A DNA stretch of 64,000 nucleotides, taken from positions 39,742,001 to 39,806,000 of the forward strand of contig OZ024741.1 in NCBI GenBank assembly GCA_964016885.1. The letters run 5' to 3'. The notes below the pieces were generated by a model. That model saw nothing but the letters and a program-made list of their open reading frames with translations, was not told the origin of the DNA and made no database searches. The stretch's first letter is position 1; the number at the start of each line of letters is the position of its first letter. The stretch is from Eledone cirrhosa (Eukaryota). Positions 1 to 13,942 of the stretch are shown here, piece after piece. Made by a program: the position numbers and the translations under genes.

Positions 1-75
1 AAAGTAAGTAGGAACGGTGTTAGTGTATCATCCTTAGTAATCTGTGTATAATTGTATATATCTATATAAATTTAA

Positions 76-115
<40 letters not shown>

Positions 116-116
116 T

Positions 117-368
117 ATAATTATGTCCATAGAATCCTTTGATAAGATATATACTCCATTTCCTCTCCCAATTAGCATAATCAACCACACAAAAAACTAA
201 ATAAACCAGGCTATAAGATTAAAAGGCACCTATGAAGAAATAATAGATAAATAAACGACAGCCATCTATTCGCGATCAACAGCTATAGAATATTTACCCA
301 ACATTTCAATACCACGTGGAAATCGATTAAATATATCGTCAACCATACACAATTAGGTATCAAATTAA
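117..368 (-). mobile_element. Family F (TA)n-abutting element with degenerate hammerhead motif
   Basis: 117-240 matches 29870-29990, and both start directly after (TA)n. Minus strand 284-347 reads TATGG-TTGACGA-...-GAAA-TGTT...AATA-TT-CTATA, a hammerhead topology with a C3U core change and weak stem II. Confidence 0.45.
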
Positions 369-429
369 TATATATATATATATATACGTACGAACGTGTG
401 TCTATATATGTGTGTGTGTTTGTGTGTTT

Positions 430-558
430 ATAGTAATAATAAATACAAAGACCTAAATCCGAAGAGAGCTCCATAAGGCATGTATATATAAACCCGTATG
501 GACAATATATATTATAAGTATAGATTAAAGTTTAAGCAAAGAATTTCTGCTTTCACCC
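430..558 (-). mobile_element. Family G (TA)n-associated element fragment
   Basis: Shares gtttaagcaaagaattt.tgctttcacc with 33550-33578. Minus strand gives GAAA-GCA..TGC-TT (stem III-like). No CUGANGA seen. Confidence 0.4.
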
Positions 559-562
559 TATA

Positions 563-690
<128 letters not shown>

Positions 691-1471
691 TATATATATA
701 TGTGTGTGTGTCTGTGTGTGTGTGTCTGTGTGTGTGTGTGTGTGTGTCACATATTTATATTAATCATCTATCAACCAGTTTGAAACCTGCCAATTGACAG
801 ATCATTATAACATTCATTCTACTGGAGTGCATAAGTCCACACGTCCTTAACATAACATAAGTAACAACTCTGTATTCTGGTCAGATCAATATAGTCTCTC
901 CTTATGCAAGCTCTCCTTTATCTTACAATGTATGGCCTTGTAACTTCCATATTATAATATCAATGGCTGACTTGAAAGAGCTAACAGATTGTTTTCCTTT
1001 CATTTTTATTCATTTTTTAATTATTTTTCTTATTTTATATTGGATATCCATATCGAACAAATTTTTGTAGTAGTCATTGCAAAAGCAGGCACCATATCTA
1101 AAGTTGTTAGAGCTATTGTTTACATAGATGTATGTCTGTATGTATCAGCAAAATAAGAGAGGGGGAGTGTGAGGTAGATATTTGACAGCGGTTTTAGAAT
1201 AAGATTCATACATAACATACAAAGAAGTATTGTGTGTACAGGGTAGTTAAAGAAAGATGGACATGTGTATATGATGAAATATGCTTTATATATATGTTCC
1301 CACAGCAACGGGCGGCGAGGGAAATTCGTTCACAGAACAAGTCGAACTCATAGGGATTGTTAATGACGGTGGCTATTTACTACCTGATCGAACTGTGTAT
1401 AGGGAGGGGTTCTATTTCTCAGACCATCAAATCTTTCCACCAATTACATGCGTAATTTAGTTTGAATTGCT

Positions 1472-1551
<80 letters not shown>

Positions 1552-1602
1552 CAGAGAGATGCATACATGTGTATGTATTGTGCATATATGTGTGTGTATT
1601 GC

Positions 1603-1651
<49 letters not shown>

Positions 1652-1652
1652 C

Positions 1653-1697
<45 letters not shown>

Positions 1698-2209
1698 TTT
1701 GTGTATATGGTGAGAGGGACTGTTCATGCGGTTGTGTGTGTATGCCTGTCCTGTGTGTGTTTGTATTTGTAGGTGGATAGAGTGATTGATTCATTGCTCG
1801 ATTCATTCGATCATTGAATCTTAAATAAATACTGTGTATGAGTATATAAGGGGTTAAGTGAGAGAGAGAGAGGGGGGAGGAGGAAGACAGAGAGAGAGAG
1901 TGAGAGAGAGGAGAAAGAGACGAAGACAGAGAGAGAGAAGGGGGTGGATATTGTCGAGTGCCGTTTGCGGCAGAAGCGCACCGTGAAAAGTAGAAGGTAA
2001 GGGCGCCATGTTATATGTAGTTTGTCGTCCCCCTCAAGTAAAAAATCAAGAGTTGGCAATTTGACTCATTTCTAAAGGTCACTAATCTTGCACTAGTCCG
2101 CCATTGAGAAACTAGCACACAATCACGTTTTTACAGACGTTGCCTTCTGCTTATAAATTTCTTACCTCTCAATATATGTATGTGGATAAATTTGTTTGTA
2201 AGTATGTGT

Positions 2210-2402
<193 letters not shown>

Positions 2403-2525
2403 TGTGTGTGTGTCAGAGCGTGTTTGTGTGCGATTGTCAGTTCATTGACATGATTTCCTATATATGTATACCTCTTTGTCTGTTTAGTTGCCTGTTTGTC
2501 TGTATGTATTTATATATATATATTT

Positions 2526-2642
<117 letters not shown>

Positions 2643-3000
2643 TAGAGAGAGAGGGGGATACATGTCTTCTTTTGTCTCTCTTTCTTTCTCTTTCTCCCTC
2701 TGAATATATGTATCCACACACACGCACACACACACACACACACAACAGACACACACAACAGAGACACACACACACACACACATACACACACATATATATA
2801 AGAGAGAAATACAAAGTAAATTGTGAATTTTCGCCTATACAGGTTCGTTAAGCGATATTTAAACACTATGTATATATGTTGGGATAATATTGAGTGAATG
2901 TTATATGCTGTTTCTGATGGGCTTTAAAATTACTAATATCAAAAATAGGACGTATAACATGTGTATACTTGTATACATGTATACATGTAATACACATGTA

Positions 3001-3053
<53 letters not shown>

Positions 3054-3619
3054 GTGTGTGTGTGTGTGTACAAACATACATGTATGTATGTATTTATATA
3101 GCAATGATACGCATTGACAGTGTTAGAAGGAGGAACAGTGGTACGTGTCATATGACCATTATATGTAGAAAAGAACAATGACAAATTTAGACCGAGCTGG
3201 ATACGGGTTAATGTAGTGGGGTACAGGGAATGACAGTGAAGGGTGGGGTACATTTCGTGGTTGTTTTGCTGACGTAAATGGGAATGGTCTTGTTATCTGT
3301 TTATTCTCCGTGTTTACATACGGTTGCAGCACCCACCTTTTACTCTCATGGTCGTCCATGCAGTTCTTATTGCTGTTGCATAACGCATTCTTTTCATTCT
3401 TGCTTTTCTTAGTTCCATTGTTTATATCTATATGTTGTTGTAGCTATTGGTGTTGTTGCTGTTGTAATCATCTCCAGGTCAGGTCCAGATACAGCAGATA
3501 TATTTTCAAAGATATTCCAACAGTGACTATCCCATCTACCTTCGATATATTTGTGATTGTCGTTATGGTTGTTACTGTTGTTATTATTATTGTGGTTTTG
3601 GGATGAATGGTGCTCAATA

Positions 3620-3812
3620 GAAACCATTCAATGTGGAAATCGGAGTCTTCTGTTCATAATTTTCATGAACTGGATTGATATGTGGCACACCCGAGTTGGA
3701 AGTAGTATCAAGTCTGACGGGGGGTGGATCAGTTGGCTGGAATTTGCAGACGACATGATATTACTTAACTTGTTGGAAGGTGATCTCCGACATATACTTC
3801 ATAGGTTTGATG
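3620..3812 (+). mobile_element. Non-LTR retrotransposon RT fragment (RTE/L2-like)
   Basis: Translation SLLFIIFMNWID...ISWLEFADDMILL...LRHILHRF matches the LINE RT SPxLF...(Y/F)ADD region. It ends at a trinucleotide repeat. Confidence 0.7.
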
Positions 3813-3813
3813 C

Positions 3814-3981
<168 letters not shown>

Positions 3982-4434
3982 AGGGCAAAATATTTAGAAT
4001 ATTGTATAAAATGCCATGAAGCATATTTGTTCTGGCTTTTTACGTTCCGAGGTCAGATCTCGCCATGGTCTACTTTGCCATTTATCCTTATTGGTTTGTA
4101 AAAGTAAAATACCAGCCAAGTAACAGGGTTAATATAATTGTCTAAGTGATGTTTGTTGTTTACGAAATTTACTCCGCAGTCATAAGGTCTTGGAGTTACC
4201 AAGATCACTCTGCATGATATCTTGGGAAAGTGTAATTTCCCATAGCCTTGTGACTGAAAGTTGTCAGACGGAAACTGTACCGAACATTATCGAATGGATT
4301 CTACCTATAATTCAAATTTACACATATCACATATTTTCACATTTATCACATATTTTGACACGCTAAACTGGCTTCGGAATTAAGCTAACGGAATACATGT
4401 GTGTGAAATACTCAAATAGTTATATGTATGTTGA

Positions 4435-4665
4435 CCCGTAACTCCTGAGGGAGTCGTAGGGATGCCATATTGACATACGGCATTTATAGGGTATTTATAG
4501 CTCATCTCCTCTCAAGCTCTGAATATAGCATATTTCTTCCAGAGAAGGATGAAGAGTGTGAGAGAATGAAACTGAGGAAGCGATATAGAGGACGAAATCC
4601 CGCAGTATTTGACTGGTACATTTTTTATCGACTTTGAAAGGATGAAAGTCAAAGTTGACCACGGA
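4435..4665 (-). mobile_element. SINE S1 body with alternative ~120-bp tail
   Basis: 4435-4550 matches 50718-50845. In both places an S1 central domain follows on the minus strand. Confidence 0.5.
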
Positions 4666-5292
4666 CTCAACTACTTACAACATCACAGTAATGTAATCGG
4701 TTTACATTTCATCGAACAGCTGAGTGCACATCGTTGAAACCAAAGGAGGATATATCAATTTCTACTATGTTATCTTTCCTGTAACCTCGGCAGAATAACC
4801 GGTCATGTGTTTTCTTACGATTATTCATAAAGAACTCAATAGCATTTATAAACCATTTACACATGAAACAGCTCTTGTTATTCAAAGAAATTGTGTTAAT
4901 TATATCATACTCAATACATAAGTTCCATTTTAAATTGTTTTATTGTCAATATGTGTAATTAGAGCCCATGTTGTAAAACCATTTACAGTTGAGATTGACT
5001 GAATAAGTAATTTCCGTTCATTTTGTTACTTCCTGTATATTTTGAATTATTTTTAGCTCAGTAGTTAGGCTGTGCTAAGCAGTTAATGCAGGTTGTCCTA
5101 TATTTTTGGCTTCAACATTATTCTGCTGTTAGAAACACACGTTTTTGAGATCGATCATATATTTTCCGTCCAAATGCATTTTAATATGTATAACTAAGCT
5201 ACTATTGTAATGTGCTAATTAAATTTAAGTACAATATATATATATACCCCCTCCCCACACACATATATATGTTCCTCTCTGATATATATATG

Positions 5293-5450
<158 letters not shown>

Positions 5451-5470
5451 GATGTATGTATATATATATA

Positions 5471-5551
<81 letters not shown>

Positions 5552-5554
<3 letters not shown>

Positions 5555-5595
5555 AAAAGCATGACCCCGACAGCAGAGCTCAAGCGGTTTCGACG

Positions 5596-5629
<34 letters not shown>

Positions 5630-5700
5630 GGAAAAGAGTCAGGACCCCGACGGCTGAGCTCCGGCCGTTTCGGAGCTCAGCCGTCGGGGTCCTGACTCTT
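5552..5700. mobile_element. Two family A half-hammerhead copies in (TA)n, the second a fold-back
   Basis: ggaaaagcatgaccccgacagcagagctcaagc... at 5552, and palindromic A2 variant 5629-5700. Confidence 0.8.
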
Positions 5701-5715
5701 ATATATTTTTATATA

Positions 5716-5751
<36 letters not shown>

Positions 5752-6076
5752 TGTATGTATGTATGTATGTATGTATATATTAATATTCATATATTCATAT
5801 ATGAATATTGTACATACTCTGTGCGTATCTATTGGTATTGTATGTATGTAAATACATTAGAACATTTGTTTCAGAATTTGTAATTGTATCCAGGTCGGAG
5901 TAACATAGATTTGAATTGAATGGAAGGGAAGTGAAAGGAGGTATTTTGGTTTATAATATAATTTTATTTCTACCGATAACTGTAACAAATGTCTTACTAA
6001 TGACCATCTTGGATTACATCTTGTATCCATTCATATAATACATATATATTCTTACATATTATATACTTTAATTTAC

Positions 6077-6126
<50 letters not shown>

Positions 6127-6239
6127 GTTATTCCGGGTTGAATCGGAGGTAACCACAGTAAGTAAGGTACTCAATACATTGCAGAGAGGTTCCTGATGAT
6201 TTCTAAAGAATGAAACAGTTCTAGTCCTGTAGAATCTCA

Positions 6240-6243
<4 letters not shown>
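6127..6243. mobile_element. Family B element with 5' inversion/deletion
   Basis: 3' tail on minus (6127-6186) is joined to an inverted ribozyme segment on plus (6188-6243). TA flanks on both sides. Confidence 0.8.
6188..6236 (+). ncRNA. Type I hammerhead ribozyme (family B)
   Basis: GGTTC-CTGATGA(6193-6199)-TTTCTAAAGAAT-GAAA-CAG ttctagtc CTG-TA-GAATC. Cleavage triplet GUA. Confidence 0.8.
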
Positions 6244-6322
<79 letters not shown>

Positions 6323-6450
6323 TATCGGAGAAAGCTTTTTTGCGATACTCCGGCCAAATTCCAACTCACTCAACAAACATTAGGAAATAAGTGAGTATAT
6401 TCCCAATTAAACGTTCGGGGGGTGCTAACTAAATGTATTGTGTGGAAAAT

Positions 6451-6628
6451 TGGGTATCGGTAGAGGGTCGGACGCCATGCTTTCCAGCATAGAGTTACCT
6501 TCCAGTATGATCTGTGTTCAATTCCCGCCGAGGTTAACTTTGCCTTTCATCCTTACGGGGTCGATAAAATAAAGTACCAGTAATGCACTGGTAAATTGGT
6601 GACCTTGTGCCTAAAGTAGAAACAATTA
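6451..6628 (+). mobile_element. tRNA-derived SINE (family S1)
   Basis: A-box-like head, B-box GTTCAATTCC, central ctttcatccttacggggtcgataaaataaagtaccag and tail ccttgtgcctaaagtagaaacaatta. More than 15 copies in the window. Confidence 0.85.
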
Positions 6629-6649
6629 TATATATATATATATATAAAA

Positions 6650-6682
<33 letters not shown>

Positions 6683-6713
6683 GTTTGTGTGTAGACATGC
6701 ATATATATATATA

Positions 6714-6859
6714 TTATTTCTGAAGACGGCATATATATGTGTTGGTATGTATATTTAATTTTGATAGTTTGTATAATTTTGTATAATTTTGTACATAGAT
6801 CTGTTGAATATGCATGCCAATTCTAACACATATATATCCTAGAAACGATCGTTAAATAA
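6714..6859 (+). ncRNA. Type I hammerhead ribozyme with extended stem II (family H, element ~6714-7060)
   Basis: TTATTT-CTGAAGA-CGG-C-ATATATATGTGTTGG...CTAACACATATATAT-C-CTA-GAAA-CGATCG-TT-AAATAA. Stem I 6 bp, upper stem II 15 bp, palindromic stem III, triplet GUU. Confidence 0.75.
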
Positions 6860-7060
6860 TGAACTTTTTTTGTTTAATATAAGGAACTGTTTCATTGTTT
6901 TATTCATTATTTTTTTAATATTTTATCTTGACTCTGTATTCCGTTTATCTTTCACCGAAAGTGATTTTTCATTGCATCTCTTCTTTCCATGATATCCGGA
7001 TTACATTGAGTTCTTCATACGGATTGGACACTACCGTAAACTCTTGGTAGATTTATCTAC

Positions 7061-7092
<32 letters not shown>

Positions 7093-7289
7093 ATTAGATT
7101 AGAGCAAACATCACGGGCGCTCTATCTTAAAATTATTTTTGAAAAGCATTAGAAATGCGCAACCGGTAAAAACTTAAAACTAAAACTGAATACTAACCAA
7201 TACTTATTTCTAATTTTTACTTATTCCTAATTAAACTAATTTTCACTGGGAACAATTTGTCAGCATTTTCTTTTCCCTTTACCAATATA

Positions 7290-7370
<81 letters not shown>

Positions 7371-7416
7371 ACTGTATTTTTGCATTCCTGTGTGTTTTGT
7401 TTTGTTTCATTTATTG

Positions 7417-7477
<61 letters not shown>

Positions 7478-7485
7478 TATATACA

Positions 7486-7575
<90 letters not shown>

Positions 7576-7583
7576 TATATACA

Positions 7584-7624
<41 letters not shown>

Positions 7625-7668
7625 GAAAAGTATAGAAATTATTGTGAGCAAGAAGCCAACAGTATTCC

Positions 7669-7731
<63 letters not shown>

Positions 7732-7787
7732 CGTTTCTGAATTTGTTTAGCAAGATTCTTTATCTGAAATCGTGTGTTATTGGCAAC

Positions 7788-7805
7788 ATGACCCTCCCAA
7801 AGTAT

Positions 7806-7863
<58 letters not shown>

Positions 7864-7881
7864 ATACTTTGGGAGGGTCAT
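7788..7881. repeat. Perfect 23-bp inverted repeat enclosing (TA)n
   Basis: atgaccctcccaaagtataacaa-(TA)n-ttgttatactttgggagggtcat. Confidence 0.9.
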
Positions 7882-8760
7882 AGCAGAATTATCGGTCGTA
7901 TTCGTATATTCTTTGCGTCGTTGAATAGTTTTATTCATTGAAATAAGTCCATGCTGGGGCAATGCTTTCAAATGATTTAGTTCAGTTCTTTATTGTCGAA
8001 CAACGAAGTTAGGGATATAAGCAAGCCGTAAAGATAAACATAGACACAGACAAACATGTACACATGTGTACATATATATATATATGCTGGCCTTGTGCCT
8101 ATATAAGAAACAATACACACACACACCTCACACACACACGCCACATATATTTATATATATATATATATATATAATGGCCTCCTCCAGTTGTTTGTGAGGA
8201 GCTAGTTTCGATTTTAAATGGGAACGACTTTTACACGGGTATATGCTGTATATCTTCCATAGGACTTGAATGTTTTGTATTTTTTATTTTTTTATTATCG
8301 ATTCCGGAAGGATGAAAGAAAATGCTGTCCCCAGAGGTATTTGAACTCAACAAGAGCTGTAGCTAAATAACTAAAATATTTTCTTCGAAGCTCAGACGAT
8401 CTTGCCAATCCATAATTTTAGATACACTATGTCTGAAAACCCGAATAACAGCTGTGATGGTCTCGGCAGGAAAGAATTTGATCATGATCAAATCTAAGCT
8501 CTGGTCACACAACAAATGGAACAACATGAATACAATAAAAACAACAACAATGGCGTTACAAAAGCAACAAAACGTACACCAACAATAACATATATAATAC
8601 TAGCATCAACACCAGCAACAATAATAAAATACACAATAAGAATACCACAACAAACCACCCCCACTACCACTACTACTACTACCAACACCACCAACAAGAG
8701 AAATATACAACGAAACATACAATAATAACATTAATACAACCCCAACCTCCCACCATCACC

Positions 8761-8792
<32 letters not shown>

Positions 8793-9277
8793 CAATAATA
8801 ACAAACGTGGTGGTAACATGATATTATATACCGCTGATTGCAATCAAGATTCTCCATTTTGTTAAGACGGAATGTTGAAAAGCAGAATCCGTTAAAATAG
8901 TATTAGAGGCTATAAAGGAACAAATAAATGAAAATAACAAATGTATATATCTATATAAAACAACACAGATACACAAAGGGAGAGAACAAAGCAGAGATGG
9001 TTTTACTAAGGATTACAGGTTTTCAGTAAAAAGGGAACCATGGAACTATTTATCGATCAGAACAATGTTGTTCAGACAGACGAACAACTCAAACCTCATA
9101 TATACTTCCTTCCACTGCTTATATCCTTACCTCCCACCATCTTCCGCCTTCTTTCTAGCTGTCTCTTTTGCTGCTGCTGCTCTTACTACTACTACTACTA
9201 CTACTAAAATATAGTATAAGTATATATAATTATATATATATATATAGAAATGGCTTCTGCTGCTGCTGCTGTTGTTG

Positions 9278-9341
<64 letters not shown>

Positions 9342-9418
9342 AATATATATATGTATACATATATATATATAAGTATATATAAGTATCTATAAGTATATAT
9401 ATATATATATATATATAT

Positions 9419-9462
9419 AAATGGCTTCTACAGGACCAGAACTGTTTCATTCGGGAGAAATC
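9419..9462 (-). mobile_element. Family B2 fragment
   Basis: atggcttctacaggaccagaactgtttcattcgggagaaatc matches 51785-51826. Confidence 0.7.
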
Positions 9463-9685
9463 CAGGCTGTCCCTCAAAAATGTATATACAATAAATCTTT
9501 AAAAAGTGTATTAAAATAAATTGTGTTTTATATGCATTATTTAAATTATGTAAACATATTTGGGTGTTTACATACAATTGAATTATGTCTGTAGATCATT
9601 TTAATTTTGGGAAAGGTTGTGCATTCTAACAAATAATGCCTGTACAGGCAATCAAAGTGTGTATACATTTTTGGGACTCCCTGTA
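9463..9685. mobile_element. Tc1/mariner-type MITE
   Basis: Termini cagg..gtccc..aaaaatgtatataca and tgtatacatttttgggactccctgta. Related copies at 26430-26508 and 28334-28410. Confidence 0.7.
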
Positions 9686-9696
9686 TAAATAAATAA

Positions 9697-9729
<33 letters not shown>

Positions 9730-9745
9730 GGGCGAGTAAAACTCC

Positions 9746-9835
<90 letters not shown>

Positions 9836-10017
9836 GGTAGATAGATTGTCTTTAAAGCGTTGAAATATCCGAGACTCCCAGTAGACAACTGATGAGGAAA
9901 ACTCCCCCCACCCCGTTCTTGCTTTCTTAATCTTATTCCTATTTTTAAGCCTACCTTAACTAACAACTACACAGCCACCCTATTCTCCATATATATTATA
10001 TATATATGCATATATAT

Positions 10018-10197
10018 GGAGAATAGTGTGGTAAGGAACCAGATGGACCATACCGCAGCAGAGTACTCAATACTTAGGTTAGTAGAGTGGATAATAGGAA
10101 AATGTATGACTCCGACGGTAGAGCTCAAGCCGTTTCGACGGCTATTTCTGGACTCATCGAAACGGCTTGAGCTCTGCCGTCGGGGTCATACATTTTC
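10018..10197. mobile_element. Family A fold-back copy
   Basis: Long arm with tail, inverted short arm, junction ggactcatc|gaaacggc. Confidence 0.85.
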
Positions 10198-10271
10198 ATA
10201 TTACATACATATATATATATTTATTTATTTATTTATTTACTTATATGTAATAGTAATGAGTATTATTAAAG

Positions 10272-10430
10272 TTGAGTTCAAATCATCCTTACGGGGTCGA
10301 TAAAATAGAGTACCAGTAACACACTGGTGTCGATTTAATCGACTTTTCCCTCCCCCAAAATTGCTGGCCTTGTGTCTATATAAGAAGCCATTATTACTTG
10401 GCCTTGTGCCTAAAGTAGAAACAATTATTA
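10272..10430 (+). mobile_element. SINE S1, internally deleted with duplicated tail
   Basis: gagttcaaatc fused to atccttacggggtcg. The ggccttgtg tail occurs twice. Confidence 0.75.
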
Positions 10431-10623
10431 ATATTACTAGTCATTACGCCATTTTATGATAGGTCGTGTGTCTTAACTGTCGGGAAACATTTCTTTATTA
10501 CTCTTCACCTTCAGCCGACATCCAGTCATCGTCGCCTTCCTTCCGACACACCACCACACAATCTCATTTTATATCTATTCTGCTTCTTCCTCATCAACGG
10601 AATGTAGACCTCTGCTGCTGCTG

Positions 10624-10655
<32 letters not shown>

Positions 10656-10709
10656 GCTGCGGCTCTGCTGCTGATACTACTACTACTGCTGTTGCTTTTG
10701 CTGTTGTTG

Positions 10710-10785
<76 letters not shown>

Positions 10786-11374
10786 TACTATTACTACCTA
10801 ATATCTAATACTACTACCACAACCACCACCACCGTCACCACTACAAGAAAACCACCACCACTACTACTACCACAACCACTGCATCAACCACCACCACCAC
10901 AACTACTAACACCACCACTGACACCACCACCACGACTTCCACCACTACCACCACTACCACCACCAACAGCAGCAGCAGCAGCACCACCACTACTACCACC
11001 ACTACTACTACTACAACCACTACTGCGGTGTTATTCATCATCATCACCCCACCAACTGTTGTACAACACTCCAATACAACATACGTATTCTCTCAACATT
11101 GTATGTTAATATCTTCAATGACTGATTTACGGCTGACCCACCATTAGTGTGAGCCACATTAATCAAATTCTGGTCCCTAATAGTACCCCATCTAGGGAGG
11201 GGTGGCGGCTGAAATAACACCGCTGATGTCACAATCATCATCAGTACCATCAGCAATATCTTCATCATCATCACCATTATCAACATCAACACAATCACTA
11301 TCATAATCATTGTCATCAATATCATAGCCGTCAACAGCATCACAATCACATACACACTCGCACGTAGATGTGTG

Positions 11375-11456
<82 letters not shown>

Positions 11457-11458
<2 letters not shown>

Positions 11459-11688
11459 AAAAAGTATGACCCCGACGGGAGAGTTGAAGCCGTTTCGACG
11501 GCTATTTCTGGACTAAATTAGAATTTTTAGCCAGGCTAAAAATTCTAATTTAGTCCAGAAATAGCCGTCGAAACGGCTTGAGCTCTGTCGTCGGGGTCAT
11601 ACTTTTTCCTAATTCCCACTCTACTACCCTAAGTATTGAGTACTCTGGTGCGTTATGGTCCATCTGCTTCCTTACCACAATTCCTTTG

Positions 11689-11690
<2 letters not shown>
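11457..11690. mobile_element. Family A fold-back copy with near-perfect palindromic centre
   Basis: Arms 11457-11532 and 11534-11609 around a single A at 11533. The tail runs to 11690, then (TA)n. Confidence 0.85.
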
Positions 11691-11728
<38 letters not shown>

Positions 11729-11729
11729 G

Positions 11730-11893
<164 letters not shown>

Positions 11894-11962
11894 ATAGTGA
11901 AAGCGGAAATTGTTTGTTTATATTTTGAATCCCACCTAATAACCTAATAATACACACACGTG

Positions 11963-12052
<90 letters not shown>

Positions 12053-12062
12053 GCTTAGCTAT

Positions 12063-12400
12063 ATGCGATATTCCATAGATAGTGTGGCTAAGAAACCTGG
12101 CTCTGGTGTGACCCTGATTAACTTAGAGCAATCAAACATTTTCGCTAGGGTCGACCAGCAACACCTAGTGGCAGTCGTCAAATCATCTGGATTTAATCCC
12201 GTCTTCAGGAGATGGATTGCTGGAATGTACAGCGACATTTGCTCTCTGGTCAGAGGGGACGGTTACCTCTCTAAACTGTCAAACACCATGCGCTCGGTCC
12301 GCCAAGTTTGTCCCGTTTCATCCGTGTTGTATATACAAATTCTGGAGCCACTACTGCCCAAATTAGTGGCGTTGAGGGCCATCCCGCGCGAACTAGGACG
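12063..12400 (+). mobile_element. L1/Tx1-clade LINE RT fragment
   Basis: [18 protein letters not shown]...GFNPVFRRWIAGMY...VRQVCPVSSVLYIQILEPLL is a degenerate LD.KAFDRV...GF...WI..LY...VRQGCPLS.LY...EPL. Confidence 0.85.
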
Positions 12401-12421
12401 TCAGCAGAAACAATTATTATT

Positions 12422-12640
12422 ATTGGCAGAATCGGTAGAGTGTTGGACAAAATCCTTTGCAGTATTCAGTTATGGCTCTTTACGTTCTGAGTTCAAATCC
12501 CACCGAGGTTAGCTTTGCTTTTCATCCTTTCAAGGTTGCTGAAATAAACTTCCATCAACGTACTGGGGTAAATTTAATCGACTTTCCCTCCTCCAAATTT
12601 GTTGGGCTTGTACCTAAATCAGAAAGAGTTATTATTATTG
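12422..12640 (+). mobile_element. SINE S1
   Basis: TGGCAGAATCGG A-box, GAGTTCAAATCC B-box, central domain and (att)n tail. Confidence 0.85.
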
Positions 12641-12989
12641 TTATCATTGTTATTATTACATCAAATGTCTTTCAGATGTTCATTATATGACATAATCCCT
12701 TGAATCTTTGAATGGTAACGATCATAGATTAATTATTATATAGAGATGCTGCCTTACGTTTATCAGTATTTTGTCGTTTGAAAGTTTTCCCTATTGCGAT
12801 TCCTCCTCGTCTAGAATGTCAATATCTGTTAAGTACCGAAGAGAATTTAATGGACGATTCTTAGTTTCGATATCGTGGTGTGAAATAGATGCGAGATAAA
12901 ACTCCCCATGGAGAAGAAATCGTTCTACTTCAAGTAACATTTCCTCATGGCTGAATAGTTTGCAATTTGTTTTACAACCCCGAGTTCCA

Positions 12990-13215
12990 GGCTCACGTCA
13001 TTGCAAAGCAACACATTCCTTTTTCCACATTTCTCTGTGTATCTTTGCTACCTTCAGTTCCTGGATAGATTCCATGCTTGGATCCAGCAAGACCTGTTTT
13101 GATGCTTTTCCTGGTGTAGTGCACAATGTTCTGATTGATAGTGTCGAAGTTCCCTAATTTTCTCATTTAATTTTGTGAGGTTTCCATACTACATTCGTTT
13201 TTCATGTATTCACTA
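12990..13215 (-). mobile_element. RTE-like LINE 3' ORF remnant
   Basis: Frameshifted YGNLTKLNEKIR..EHC...ASKQVLL...IQELKVAKIHREMWKK resembles the RTE C-terminus. Confidence 0.5.
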
Positions 13216-13494
13216 TGGATTAATGCCTCGATATTTGTTCCGGCTCTCAATGAACTGAGTTCTAATCACGCGGAGATCAACTTTGTATTTACTCTTTAAA
13301 TAAAGTACCAGTCTAGCGTCATCTGAACAGTTTCTGTTTGTACTCACTCCAAATTCGTCTGCCAGAACTTCTGACGGACAGATAGTAGCACCCAAGGAAA
13401 GAACAATTGAAACATTATTTCTTTGATCTGATCTTTGGTTAGTAACTATGTCCCCTTGCTTTACAAGGACACGCGTATGTATACATATGAGCGT

Positions 13495-13615
13495 TACAAT
13501 TAGACCATTTGATATGGATGAACTCAAAGCCGACAAAGAAAAAGGTCTATGAAGGAAATAAAGCTGGCTCGCATGGCATTCCTCATGAGGTACTCAGATT
13601 AGGCTACTATGTGAA
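13495..13615 (+). mobile_element. LINE RT N-terminal remnant
   Basis: PFDMDELKA.. then, after a frameshift, GNKAGSHGIPHEVLR, similar to the K..GPDGIP.E motif. Confidence 0.45.
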
Positions 13616-13789
13616 GCAGGTCGATTGGCCACGTATAAGGTCGCTCTTTGGTTGTGTGTACATGCATGTATATCGTCTGTTTGTATAAGTATGGCAGTAT
13701 AAATGTCATTCTCGCTCTTTTAAGCGCTATAGCGAATAACATACACTGTAAGCTGTTCTCGGCGTTCTTGACTGTTGTTGACCTTGCAT

Positions 13790-13858
<69 letters not shown>

Positions 13859-13905
13859 ATATATATATATGTATGTATATACATACATATACATACATAT
13901 ACATG

Positions 13906-13942
<37 letters not shown>

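Noticed and set aside
9889-9910. CTGATGAGGAAA as a hammerhead
   Set aside because: No stem II, stem III or stem I pairing.
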